From assembly GCF_006345805.1 (NCBI RefSeq), contig NC_043008.1, forward strand, positions 47,244,001 to 47,308,000: a stretch of DNA of 64,000 nt, read 5' to 3'. Shown piece after piece: positions 12,665 to 26,117 of the stretch. Below the pieces are notes generated by a model that had not been told where the DNA came from, did no database searches, and worked only from the letters and a program-made list of their open reading frames with translations. Both the position numbers and the translations under genes were made by a program. Origin of the DNA: Octopus sinensis (lineage: Eukaryota). The first letter of the stretch is position 1. Each line of letters opens with the position of its first letter.

Positions 12665-13417
12665 TTCGGCACCTTTAGTCACACTTAGTGCCAGTTGAAT
12701 TTTTCCTTTATGGTATCATATTGTGCCAACTTGCTTATATTAATTTGCATATATACTTTTATCATACTACTTGACATTCACACCCAAAGAATAACAAACT
12801 TTCTTTGTCAAACTTGTTTTCCTCACATCCACCCTTACCCTGCAAACACTTCTTTCTTCGAGTCCTTCCAAATCACTTAACACATATCATATTCAGAACT
12901 CAGCCCAGGAGAAAACGGTCTCCAGGAAACAATATTTATTAAGAGTTGTAATCAAAACGAACCGCAGCTTAAAGACCGAAATCTCCAAGTGCTTTACATA
13001 TGTGTGAATGTATGTGAGTGCGTTTGTGAGATAAAGAATATGCGTATGTTTTTGTTTGTGTGTGTGTGTGACTATGTGTGTATGCGTGCATACGTATGCG
13101 TACTTGTGTATGTATGTGTGTATATACATGCATATATACAGTTATATGTATCCACTGGTGTATGTGTGTGTGTGTAATATGTATGTTATTATTCATGGAG
13201 ACGGGTACTGTACTGAAAAATGCCAAAGGGGTTGTGCTCGTAAATTAACAGACCCGCTTTGTCATATTGTGTCACGCTTATTTCACTGGAAATGTACCTT
13301 ATTTGCATCTGTTCCTAGCATGTTCAGCTGTTTCAAAAGGTAATTGAACACGTAGGGAGACTGACCAGGTAATCAAACAATTCAATGCTCAAGATTGACA
13401 ATGGCTATGATGTTTGT

Positions 13418-13449
<32 letters not shown>

Positions 13450-14160
13450 AAACACATTCACACTCACACACACACACATATACACAAACACACATCCGAT
13501 TATATAGGTGCACGTATGTTACTATATATTACTATACACACACGTGTGTGAGTGTATGAAATTCCGGTACTTGGTGACCCAGTACGGCTGCAAGCCATGT
13601 TAACTAGTAAAGTGATACGACGATTGCGTTGTCAAGACAACAAAACATGTTCCAACTTCAAATACTCTGGCAAGAAAAGTTTAATAATGTAACAGATATT
13701 TAGAGATTAGATGCCACTTCTCTCCGTATTATAACACATCCGCGTAGGATGTTCTACGTGGAACTAATGTTAATAATTAATCATCTCACATTTCTTCGTA
13801 TGCATTGTATCACTGTGATGGAATGTACATAAGCAGGATTTTTAAAAAACCTGGTAATGCAAGCCACAAATAGAAATGAAATACAAATAACTTATATTTG
13901 CATCACTTTCTTCACCGCATGTTAGCTCACACACAAACACACACATACTTGCACACGTGCACAACACACACAAATATATAAGTACATACAGAAATATAAT
14001 CATATTTACCCACACACACACGCTCTCTCTCACTCTCTCTCTCTCACACACGCACACATATAATGTACTGATCCGTGATGGAAAATTCAACAAAAAAATA
14101 TACTCCATCTGCTGACAGGTAAATATTATTTGTTTAAAGTGTACATTACATGTGATTACA

Positions 14161-14214
14161 TACTACTAATAGTTTCATATGTAGAGAAATATCCTCATGT
14201 ATCTTCATCAGGCA
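14161..14214 (-). ncRNA. Type-I hammerhead motif in the inverted pLTR
   Basis: Minus strand: tgc|CTGATGA|...|GAAA|ctattagT|A|gta; canonical core, stem III ACTA-t-TAGT; stem II weak. Confidence 0.6.
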
Positions 14215-14294
14215 GAAACCACATGTCATAACGAAATAATTGAACAGGAAAAGGAACGCGATATCATTAGAAAGCCACTTATTTCTACGTTTAA

Positions 14295-14612
14295 TTGGAC
14301 ATTAAAATTACAGCACTTACTAATCCGTCTAAAGCTGATTATTTAGATGTTTCCCTAGACCAGAGCATCTACTCGCATAAGCCTTTCCATAAGCCTAATG
14401 AGAAACTCGCCTGTATACATAAACAGTCTTGACAGCACCCTGTGATGTTTAAAAACATGATAGCTAATATTAGTAACAGAGTGTCTAACCGCTTTCCCTC
14501 TACAGAATTTTTGAAAAAGCACCCCTTCCCATTATAACAAGGCCCAAACCGATAGCGGCTTCAAAGATAAATTAATATATAATCCCTCCAATATTAATCA
14601 GAATAAAAAAAA

Positions 14613-14643
<31 letters not shown>

Positions 14644-15350
14644 CTAGTGGCATCAAAGATAAAGTAATACCTAACCCCTCTATTATTAATCAGAATAATA
14701 AAAATAATTAAGAGACCTAAAAATAGGCCAAGGCAAATTATTTGGTTCACCCCTTCCTTTTCCCTTAATATAAAATCTAACATAGGTAAAAGATTCCTGT
14801 CTCTGCTAGAGAAACACGACCCGGGAACTCATAGAAACAGGCAAGTATTTAATAGGCGTTCTGTGAAATTGTCACATAGCTGTATAAAGCTATCGTTACA
14901 CGTAGTCAATACCAAGAGCCTAAATCCATTCACAGTTGTCCCAACCCAGAATCCCTTCCACTTGACCGACGATGCATGAATAAATCTATCATATATGAAG
15001 TTTTCTGCAATCCCAAATAATGATACAATTAAGAACACCTATATTGGATTATGTTAAGGAGAATTTGAAAATCGCTATGCCAATCACATAATCTTCTTCC
15101 GATATAAGGACAAAAGCAAAGCTACTAAGTTGGCTAGCTACGTATGCTCTTTGAAAGATAACGTAATGCACCAGGTGATTAAGTGGAAAATAATTGAGAT
15201 ATCCATACCTTATGTTAATTGATCGAATAATTGTTTAACTGGATGAGCACAGATCTTGTTTACATCTAAGATCCATAACTCTCTACTTAACACGATGTCT
15301 GAAGTTTTCAACAGTTGCAAACATATATTTAAATATATTTTGAAGAACTA
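14295..15350 (+). pseudogene. Penelope-like RT thumb/linker plus GIY-YIG endonuclease pseudogene
   Basis: Manual translation: KADYLDVSLD..HKPFHKPNEKLACIHKQS; IIWFTPSFSLNIKSNIGKRFLSLLEKH; VFNRRSVKLSHSC; SIIYEV..TYIGLC*GEFENRYANH..IKWKII; stops and frameshifts present. Confidence 0.85.
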
Positions 15351-15556
15351 GGAAATTCTGCCAAATCTTGATTATAATTTAATGTGTAAGGAGGATGGCT
15401 CTTAACTTTTTTTACTTTTTGCATTTTTTTTTTTTGTGTTCGTTTCCCGTTTCTCTTTTTTTAACTTTCTGCATCTTCAATATCTTTCCTTCTCAGTTTT
15501 TCCGCGTTTCTTCTCTTATTCAATCTTTTTATTTAGTTCGTTATGATATATGGTTT

Positions 15557-15606
15557 CTGCCTGATGAATGCTTGAGATGTTTCAAAATATGAACATTTCA
15601 GTAGGA
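15557..15606 (+). ncRNA. Degenerate hammerhead motif in the 3' pLTR
   Basis: ctgc|CTGATGA|...tat|GAAc..tcagT|A|gg; paralogous to 14161-14214. Confidence 0.45.
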
Positions 15607-16699
15607 CTTAGGAACATTAATGATTTAATGTACTGTGTCCTTTAAACAAATAATAATTACATAGATGTGTGAGTGTGTGTATGTGTGTATATGCACGTAA
15701 ACACGCACACACACACACTATATATATATATATATATATACTTTGGTACACTGACTCAGGAGGTTCATAAAATAACGATATCATTAATAACACGTAAATA
15801 TTGGACTGAAAACACTTTTGGATGTCTAAAGGAGATGTGGTTTCGAGTCCTATGGGTGGCCTTCAACTATTTCACTTCAAAACGCTTTTGAACTTGCTGC
15901 TATTCATAGCTTTATGCGGTGTACCACGAAATCCCCGTTGTTAAAAAGTATGATTTCACGTTATCAGCAATATACATACATATGTTTATTTATGTAAGTT
16001 ATGTATGTGTATATATGGATGTTATACCCTTATACTGACTTCTGCTCGCGAGTTACACAGTATATATGTGTGATATATATGACCAACACTGACAAACACA
16101 TTAACTTATAAAAATGACATCCTGACAACTCTGCATTCCTCTCTATATACACACACGTCCATATGCACACACACATACACACACACAGACACATATATAT
16201 ATATATATATGTATATATGCAAAATCCAAATATAAAGACATCTACAGATTTTAGCATGATTGTTGCAATTCTTTCCGTATCACTGACTTTAACGCCGTCG
16301 CATGCAAAAGATGCGCCATGTTTGTGATTTGAAACATTAGAATGTCACTTCATCCGACTTACATGAAAAGGTGCAACCCTGCATTGTACGACTTTCAAGC
16401 GTTGTCTCCACGTAAATTAACTTATAACGCGCGAAGTAATATCAGAACTTGAGGGACGTTGTGGAGAAGGTATTTCTTTTCATATTTCAGTCGACGTTTA
16501 TTACCAGTTCATGCTACAAATATCATCCTAAACTATTAATCCAACCGTCGTTATTAACTCTTAAAAGACATTTATACAGCGATAACTTATGATGATAGGC
16601 ATATTTTCTGAAAGTTGTGCTACTAAAATAAAAGACAACACTCAGTTATTTTATTATTTATAAACATTGACTTTTTACAGAAACCAACCTTGTGTTTAT

Positions 16700-16763
16700 A
16701 TTTGTATGCGTGTGTATATGAGTGTGTGTGTGTGTGCATGAGTGTGTGTGTGTATGAGTGTGT

Positions 16764-16848
<85 letters not shown>

Positions 16849-16855
16849 TGTGTGT
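16700..16855. repeat. (TG)n microsatellite
   Basis: Visible directly. Confidence 0.95.
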
Positions 16856-17294
16856 CAACCAGATTTTAATTCACCACCAAATCACAGAGTGAAACCAAAA
16901 CGTATTAAGAGTAAAAAGCAGTTTCATTAGATTAAAGTATTTATTTTCTGTTGAAAAAAAAAAAAGGCCGAAAATGTGCGATAGAATGAGAGTGTAGAAA
17001 TTGTCATAATAAAGTGTGATATAATGTGAAATGATGAAAGCGCCGGAGAATGGAGCTGAATGTATGAGACTAATGCAAAAAAGGAAATACGATGTAGTTA
17101 CGCACTTTGACCATTATATTAGGACACGCAATACAAAATAGCAAAATAAAATGTTTATATGAATCGTGAATTTTTGGGCTTTAAAAAATATAAAAAGAAC
17201 AAATCAAAAGTTACATATGCGAGTATAGACACTCACGCACACACATATAGATACATATATGTATGCTTGCATAGATACATACATAGATACATAT

Positions 17295-17612
17295 ACAGTG
17301 TGTCCCAAAAGTTACTGATGGGTTTCAATTTTTAATAACTTCCTTAACTGTAAAAATAAACGCATGAATGCTTGCTACGATATAAAGGACATAATGGAAA
17401 TGAAAATGCAAAAGTCAAATTCTGCAACCCCAGTACATCACATATAGGAAAAATGGCATCGCTTAATTGGCAGCCATTTCCAACTTCTCACGCCCGCGCT
17501 CTTTCCAAATCTTGCTCAACAGTTTCAGAGCCCACTACTCTGATTTCTCAATTGATGTTCACCTTCATTTACAGCAGGGTCTGCGGTTTGTTGACGTAAA
17601 CGCTCTCTTTCC
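17295..17612 (-). mobile_element. Tc1/mariner-superfamily fragment (transposase C-terminus plus terminus)
   Basis: TA|CAGTGTGTCCCAAAAG terminus; minus translation KERVYVNKPQTLL*MKVNIN*EIRVV resembles LKxRVYxNKPxTLxxLKxNI. Confidence 0.6.
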
Positions 17613-17614
17613 GG

Positions 17615-17830
17615 TAGTTTAGAGGTGTTGAAGAACTCATCAGGCCTGCTTATTTTCATGTTTTCTAGTGGGGAGGTGAAAATAATTTGGAATATTTTAT
17701 TGCGTACTTCACTCATTCTCTTGGGTTCCGCAGTCAGTGATCCCTTTTCATCAAACAACGGTCCAATCCTTATCGCACTCAGGCAGACTCTTTTGAGAAC
17801 TTTTAGAAGGTTTTAGAGTTTTGTTTCATA
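17615..17830 (-). mobile_element. CR1-group LINE ORF2 fragment
   Basis: IGPLFDEKGSLTAEPKRMSEVRNKIFQIIFTSP is homologous to VGPLIEENGTLQDNAKTMSEILQKQYCSIFSNP at ~22600. Confidence 0.6.
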
Positions 17831-18089
17831 TTTTCCGCAGCCTCGGCGTCTCTGTTTACCCATTCTTTTTCATGGGAGAGAGTGATGTTATTCTCAGTCA
17901 CAAAGAGTGCCATTAGGAAGTAGGGTTTTTTGATGTCATTAGGGTCCTTATTTAAGCGATTCGAGCTCTTTATCCTCCGTCACATTACGATTATTCTATC
18001 TCGTGGATTAATGTTTTTAGGCGTGGTGGCTTTCGTCTCTGGGTCAGACTTAATGCATATGGCCTCACATTATAGACAGACATGAATTC

Positions 18090-18133
<44 letters not shown>

Positions 18134-18746
18134 TTGTACGTGCGTATGTATGTATGCATATTATGTATGTATGCATGTATGTATGTATGTATGTATGTAT
18201 GTATGTATGTATGTATGTATGTATGTGTGTATGTGTGTATGTATGTATGTGTGTGTATGTATGAATGTATGAGAACTATGGGCGGGTTCGCCGAGACTTG
18301 CGACCGCACATAGACATCAACATCTAAGGAATTTGTGAAATACATACAAAAGGAAATGTATTATAAAATAAGTAGAAATTTGTTCGCCTTCCATCATATT
18401 AAAAATCATGCCAAAATTATTGGCAAATTTTATCACAGGGAAAAATATTACGTTTGAAAATTACATTGGAATTCTTTTTTGAGATATTATTACAGGTCTC
18501 CTGGAGGCATGAAACTTCATAGAAAGGAGCTTTATTGAATAGTAGCTATTATTTCGTATTAGACGTAAATTTACTTTATAAATGCTGCCGGCTGTTTTTA
18601 CAATATTAACTTATTGGTAAAAGTAATTGTGATTATAATATCAGACTTGAAGGAAGAAATATCATCCCTCGGGCAGTTTTTAGTCTGTATGATATATACA
18701 TACACACACACACACACACGCACACATACACACACACACACACACG

Positions 18747-18789
<43 letters not shown>

Positions 18790-19157
18790 GTACATACATA
18801 CATACACATATATATTGTTATTATATATTATACATATATATAAATCGGTATTTACGAATGTGTCCTTTGCAAATTTATTCAAAGCATCGAATCATAATAT
18901 AATGTAAAGTGAAAGAGAAACTAAAAATATAACAACCTAAAGTTTAACCAATCTCAGGAAAGATTGAAATTTTATTGCCAGCGAAAGAACTTTAAAACAT
19001 TTAATGATTTTAAATATTTGGTAAAAAAAAAATAGAAAGTTATAAAATCGTACAAAGTATTAAAAGACATTTTGCAGTCTTCGGAGGTTTCTCTCAGTTT
19101 CTAAATATTACGTATACATATGTACACATAATTGCACACACACGTTGACACACACAC

Positions 19158-19189
<32 letters not shown>

Positions 19190-19247
19190 GTCGATATATA
19201 CATATATATAACAAAGTGAAGTTGTAAGGTACCGCACGAGTGGAATT

Positions 19248-19627
19248 ATGTATGAAAGAAGGTTTGAAAATGCAATTTTAAAAGATGTTTAATCACTTGA
19301 CCGGTTTCACTTTTTTAGAAAAAATTGTCAAAAGTAACATGTAAAATATGTGTCGTGTTAGGTACTGGTTGTCAGAAAATATTACAATACATATATACAT
19401 TCTTTGATAATAATAAGAACATGTTAAAAACAGTTTGCAAGGAAAAATCCTGGGAAAATATAAAAAAGTTCATTAAAATATTGGGCACAAAAATTTTGTG
19501 ACAACCAATTCCTAACACAACAAAGCTTTTACATGTTACTTTTGAGAATCTTTTTCTAAAAATGTGAAACCGCTCTAGGGAATAAACATCTTTGAAAATG
19601 GCATTTTCAAACATTCTTTCATATATA
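19248..19627. mobile_element. Foldback/MITE-like element with ~135-bp inverted arms
   Basis: 19248-19381 is an imperfect reverse complement of 19492-19627 (tgaaagaa.gtttgaaaatgc.attt..aaagatgttt...aaaagtaacatgtaaaa...ggttgtca). Confidence 0.8.
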
Positions 19628-19889
19628 CGTATGCATGTACAATATATATGCATATGTCATATAGAGATTACAATAGTTTGATTCATATTGTGTGCTACTT
19701 ATAGTTTCAATGGCCAGGCAATGTGTCCGAGGAGAAGCTCCATGAGCTCTGAAATTTTAAGCGACACCAAATTTTAATCAAACTAATTTTATCCACACAT
19801 GTAACTCGTAATAAATGTGTTGGGCGCCCTTCATTCTATAGTCTACTCACTCGTAAGCATATATGCATATATACTTTTTTTATATATAC

Positions 19890-20170
19890 TTTTGAACCAG
19901 CGGACTTCATCTCTTATCTTTTTCCCAGGATGAATATGCAGCTCAAAGGTCGCCGTGTCAGGATCAAGAGTGAATCACAGAAGGTTCTCCACTCGCTTAC
20001 GGAAAACCACTTCTACGCAGGATTCTAAAAATGGCAGGAACGCTGGGACTGGTGCATTGCTGCGGAAGATAAATATTTCGAAGGAGGTGATGTTAAATCT
20101 TAAGTCAATAAGTTTTTTTTTATATATATTAAAGATCACTAGTCCGGGAAATTTTTGATACCATCTCGTA
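19890..20170 (+). mobile_element. mariner transposon 3' fragment
   Basis: PADF..LFPRMNMQLKGRR...KWQERWDWCIAAEDKYFEG; terminus ...gggaaatttttgataccatctcg|TA. Confidence 0.8.
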
Positions 20171-20765
20171 CATATATTATCACACAGCGGGTGGTATATC
20201 TAAAGTAGTACTTGGTGAAACCTTGTTATCAAAGGAAACCGTACAATAAATATCTACTCACCGGATTTGATGGAAAAGGGTAACTAGTACACAACGGAGA
20301 TGCAAATTAACCGCATTTCAAGCCCATCATAGCAAATTTGTTATTGTTCGATTATATCTAAAATAAAGACAAGGTCAAAATAGACGACTGCTAAATGAAA
20401 TATGAATTGGGTTTAAATATCTTGAAAAAGAATGTGTACTGAATGTTATGAATGATTATGAATGCTAATGAGATCATTTGTTCAGCATACAAAACAGAGA
20501 AGATAGAAATTTGAAAGGAAACGTTCGGAGGAAAAATATTTATAAACCGAAAACCAAAAGGAAGTTCAAAGGAAACTCAATGCCGGAGGCAGCAATTCCA
20601 TGTGAAGGACAGTTGGAAATTCTCCAGTGTTTATAGGGAGAGAATATCATATTTTATTGATTGATATAATAATGGAAAATGAACATATTCTCTCTGTCTT
20701 TATAGACACATACACGCACGCACACGCACGCACACGCACGCACACACACACACACACACTTTTAC

Positions 20766-20894
<129 letters not shown>

Positions 20895-21609
20895 CATGTG
20901 TCTGTTTGAGTGTGTGTAAAAATAAAAGATATAATCCAAACTCAGCGTTGGGAATGAATCGAACCTTTCCATATTCATTATCCAGTTAGCTTTGGCAAAA
21001 ATGAAAAAGGAATATGAAAATTGGTAATGGATATAAAGCTCTGAGAGAATAATAGAAACAGAAGGAATGGTTTTTAGATGTACAAGATTAATACTAGCCA
21101 TAAAATATTGCGCCAATAAATTTTTAGCCGATAATGTCAAGTACAAAACCTGGAATTAAGATAACGAGTCGATTGGTGAGATCAGTTTCTGAAACCCTTT
21201 GATTATATGACGTGTAATTAGTGATGTATGACGGAATGCCGAAATTCCATCAGGAAAATAGGGAGCGTAAGCAGGTAGAAAATCTGATATATGATGGTCA
21301 AATAGCAATTTTGCCATGATGTCGATATAAAGCTATTTCTGAAAATGGAAGAGAAAAATTATATGTCGATCGCTGATAGATTTTCCCTTTTTTCCATCGA
21401 AACGAATTTATGATGTTAATCATCCTTTAAATATCAGAAACCTTGAAATGAAAATAAGCGAGAAATGCGTATGAGAATATAACACGAGGTAAAAGGCGAC
21501 TACATGTCTCCTTGTACAAGTCCATACTATTTGTAGGCTGTTCGGATTAATTTAAGAGGTTGCATGAAAGGAAAAGAAAACAATACTCCATCTAATATAT
21601 ATATGTATG

Positions 21610-21641
<32 letters not shown>

Positions 21642-22159
21642 TGTATGTATATGTATGTATGTATATGTATTACATTAAAAAAAATATAAACTAAATCGCA
21701 GCTGGACGATAACAGTTTACTCAATGTAGCCGCTCTCAGCTTCCACCCTGGCCTCAAAACAACCTGGTGCGTGAGTTCCTCATTTTGACCCTGGAAGATC
21801 TTCGAATATCTCCTTTATCATGACTACCAGCTCGAGCTCGATGTTGCAGGATCAGCGGTTGGTGTTAATACTAAAGGCTATGATAAACAGGCCTTTATTG
21901 CGACGGCGTTTGTAAAGTCTCTATATTAGTAAGAGGAACTGAAATCAGGTTTTCGAACACGCCTGTCACAGTGGCGACTTTCTCAGTTTGTTTCTTTATA
22001 TTGAAATTTCTCTCCTCTAATTGATTAAAACTGAGCTCCTTATTTTTTTGTCGTTCATATTATATATATGAGAGGAATTCTTTAATATTTGCAAAATCCT
22101 CTTCTGACAGCTTTCCTGTAATTTGTCCTTTGAATGTTGTAATAGAATATAAGATTTTA

Positions 22160-24380
22160 TCGCCACCCTCTCAAATACCTTGATGATATGTGAGGAGACC
22201 GAGATTGGCTGGTCGTTCACTGCAAGAGACTCGTTTCCCTTTTTGTGAACTGGGACAACTGACTGGGACGAAAGACTGGGACAAAACGTTTTTAGGGATA
22301 TAGCTACCATCCACGGAGTTTCTCAATAGATTAGCAAGAGGAGGTGCAAGTTGGTGTTGAAACACCTTCAGGACACAAGTAGGAAACCTATCAGGGCTTA
22401 CTGCTGAATGGTGTTTAATTTCGTGTATTGCTGCTAAGGCATCAAGGGCGCCAAACATTGTGTCCGATATAGTGTGTTGAGGATTAACATCACTGATACA
22501 GTCCAGATCGGCCATATCAGGATTGCTGAAAATCGAGCAGTACTGTTTCTGCAGTATCTCACTCATGGTTTTGGCATTATCTTGGAGAGTGCCATTTTCC
22601 TCAATTAGAGGGCCAACACTGGAGACAGTGACCTTGTGTTTTTTCGCAAAAGAGAAGAACACTTTGGGCTTGAGTTTGATTTGCTCAACGGCCCATTTCT
22701 CCTCAGCTGTTCTTTGAATAGTGATGAGAGTCTTCGTGTATTTTTTTTTTTTGGAGCAGGTTGATAGTCGTCGAATTTTTATGTGGCTGTAGGCAGTATT
22801 TTAGTTTGTTAATTCTTTTGTTTGTTCTTTCTGTTTTGGGGAATTCAGCACTTAGTTTTCTTCACAGATCTGGGGTGGGGTAGCACATATATATTTGTGA
22901 CAGTGTCTACAAAGATCTGCCAATATATTTTGATGCTGGAGGTAGTGTGTGCATATGTGAAAGATGAGTCAACGTTTATCATTGCATCCTAGTCGGTAAT
23001 ATAGAGATCCATGGTATGAAATGGGTGGGCTAGAGAGAAGTCACTAGGGTTAGCTTTCGGACGGTGGAATCTCAGGTTACAGAGAACCATGTCATGGTCT
23101 GAAAGAAGAGTTGTTTCCACTGTAATATTGTGTATAGTGTTAATGTTGTTACTGAACACAAGGTCTGATATGTTCTGATATCTTGTTGGTGCAAGGACAA
23201 GTTGGGACAAGAAACACTCATTCATAAAATCGAGAAGTGATGCTACTGCTTCTTTGTCAGCAATTGAGGTGGGAGTTCCTGGTTTCAAACTGTCTGTAGA
23301 CCAATCAACACAGGATAGATTAAACTCTCCAATCATTATTATGTTATAAGAATGGCACTGTTAGTTAAAGCACTTCATGCTGTTGAGGCATTCCTTAAAG
23401 TGCATTAGGGTGTTTGAGGTGACCTATAGAGCCCAACTACTATCAGGTCATTGATTTTGTTGTGCACGGTGACCGATTCACAACAACCATTGGAAAATGT
23501 CATATATCCGTCTGCCGAAAAGGAATCACGCATGAAAATGGCAGTTCGACCTTCCCTTCTGTCGACTCTGTCCGCCTGGATGGTTGTGAAATTTCTCACT
23601 TTCACTTCGGCTTCCAAGTGGGAGTTGTCAAGGTGAGTCTTGGTAAGAATGAATAAAGGATGGTTACCGACCCAATCCTCATTGGATTGAATCTTCCATT
23701 GTTGTGCATCGGTGGAGGTACTGACACCTTGTGCATTGAGTAGAAATGTGGAGGCTAGCGTAGTGGCACATTTTGACAGCCATGCGGGGAGTTTGTGCAC
23801 CAGGGTAACAGCATAGGATGGTATCGAGTGATGGCTAAAGGTACTTTTGTATCTCTTTTGTCAAGTTCAACATGGCTTAAAAAGAATTTTCCTGCAGAGG
23901 GAGGAATTTTTGACTGAAGATGTGGTTGCACTGTTGTCGTTTCTGCTTTTGTGGTTGTTGTTGTTGTTGTTGTTGTGGTTGTTGTGTATTCGAGAAAAGA
24001 GTGGACCATTATTACTGTGGCAGGCAAGGAGTTCTTTTACTGTGGTTTGTGTGATGGCTCGAAGCCTCGTTTCTGTTAGTTCGTCAGGTCCCTGAAAAAT
24101 GAGTGAAGGGACAACCACGCAATAGACATAGTTTCTCGCATTGTGAATAGCGGCAGATTCTGGGATTCCGTGTCATGCGTGTTTTAACAGCGGTATGTGT
24201 GTTTATGCTATTGTAGGATGCGTGCTTTGGCCTTGGGTGGTTGTGTTTGCATGGGTTGTGCATCTAGTGCCAGGTAGATGTGTAAAGATGCAAGCACGAC
24301 ATGTACGGAGCTTGTAACGGACGGAATAACGGCATATTTTGAGGTTTCTTGTTAGAGTCGTGGGGGAAACATTCTGCTTC
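22160..24380 (-). mobile_element. CR1-group LINE remnant (Cys/His ORF1 end, APE endonuclease, RT N-terminus)
   Basis: LLNAQG, ILTKTHL, GLYRSP, IGEFNL, PTRYQNISDLVFSN, LSDHDMV (APE); SAVSPDRFP, VVPVHKKG, NDQPIS (RT N-terminus); CRYS..C...C.FTH motifs at 24090-24340. Confidence 0.88.
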
Positions 24381-24498
24381 ATAGATTTTTTATTTTTTTT
24401 TATAATACAGTAGGATTGAGGTGGCGACGTGGGAGGGAAGAAAGCAGTGGTTTATTTTTAGTATTTGAGGTGGTATAAGCGGTTGTGATGACCAACAT

Positions 24499-24606
24499 GG
24501 AATCACGCAGGAAAATGGCAGTTCTACCCTCCCTTCTGTCGATGCGCGCGGATGGTTGTGAAATTCCTCATTTTCACTTCGGCTTCCAAGTGGGAGTTGT
24601 CAAGGT
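24499..24606 (-). repeat. Direct duplication of LINE segment 23522-23634
   Basis: ggaatcacgca.gaaaatggcagttc...ttcacttcggcttccaagtgggagttgtcaaggt present at both sites. Confidence 0.85.
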
Positions 24607-24869
24607 AAATATATAAGAGTTGTATAATGACGACGATGATAATCGTGGTAGCTGCGGTGAGACTGGTGACTGAGAGAGAGCTGAAGAGACACTATCCTTC
24701 GGTAAATCAGTTATGATGCTGGAATTTAGGAGCGGCTCTTGTTGTTGTTGTTGTTACTGTTCATGGTTTCCTGGTTGTTGCTGTCGTTGTCGTTTTGCTT
24801 GTTGTTGCTGTTCATGGTTTTCTCGCTGTTGTTGTTGTTGTTCTTGGCCAATATTTAAAAAGAAAATAT

Positions 24870-25105
24870 ATTGAAGTTTTCCAAAATGACCCAGAATTAG
24901 TTTGGAGGAAACCTCGACGCCTTTTATTTTCTACAAATCTACTTACAAGATCTCGTATTGAGTATTGGCGCTGTTTCGTGGCAATCGTATTTAGACACGA
25001 AGTATTTACGTTTTCTTTTCGGGAGAGAGAAAAACATGTGCCTATTAGGAGGTCAATTTCATTATCAGACCAATTTCGTTTGTTGTAAGTTTTCTGGTGA
25101 GTCAC
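24870..25105 (-). pseudogene. Possible Penelope-like ORF N-terminal remnant
   Basis: NWSDNEIDLLIGTCFSLSRKEN...RDLVSRFVENKRRRGFL resembles the PLE N-terminal pattern LS..E..LL.KGL.F.P...DL..F.R.LR...F. Confidence 0.35.
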
Positions 25106-25326
25106 TATGGTTTCTTTTTTTAACTCATGGTTTTGTTTTGTTTCAGAAATATGTATATATTCTTTCTTATGTACGTGAGGCTTTGATTATCTGAATATAT
25201 TAAACAGGTGTGTATATAGATATATTCTCTTTCATGAGTGTGCATCTTTGGTTATTTATTGGTTTAGGGTATAATTTTTGTTAAGTAAAAAATCGTACTT
25301 ACTAGTTTGTATGTAAACACGTGTTT

Positions 25327-25380
<54 letters not shown>

Positions 25381-25404
25381 TTATATTGAGAGGCCATGAT
25401 TGAT

Positions 25405-25694
<290 letters not shown>

Positions 25695-26061
25695 CGTTCA
25701 GCTTGGCTTTAACATTGGCTTTGTAGTTGTGTAGTTTGCTAATATATATGTAAGAGACCACCAAGCTTAGTGGTACACTGTATATTTTATGAAACACAAA
25801 TCTATGAAGATTCTTCAGGAGCTGAAATCGATATATTTTACTTATTTTTTATTTATTCATGCCTCTAGAGTGATTGGTGTATTGAACGTTTTCTACAAAG
25901 ACAGCGTTTATAATTACTCCCTTAAATATTTAGGCGTACATCAATTATTTCTCGCCAATGTTGTTTTAACATTTTAAAATTTGTTAAAATATATTTTGCA
26001 ACATTTTTTGCAAGAAAACAGAAATAATTAAATCATTCCTCGCAAGAGAAAGAGAGAGAGG

Positions 26062-26117
<56 letters not shown>

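Larger units (their letters stand above)
14115..15665 (+). mobile_element. Penelope-like retroelement remnant with inverted pseudo-LTRs
   Basis: RT C-terminus/GIY-YIG remnant flanked by inverted copies (14115-14245 minus, 15530-15665 plus) of ttcgttatga.at.tggtttctgcctgatgaa...ctttaaacaaataata. Confidence 0.85.

Noticed and set aside
21690-21980. Possible LTR end plus primer-binding site (tcaca-gtggcgac)
   Set aside because: Only a short motif, with no second LTR or internal domain
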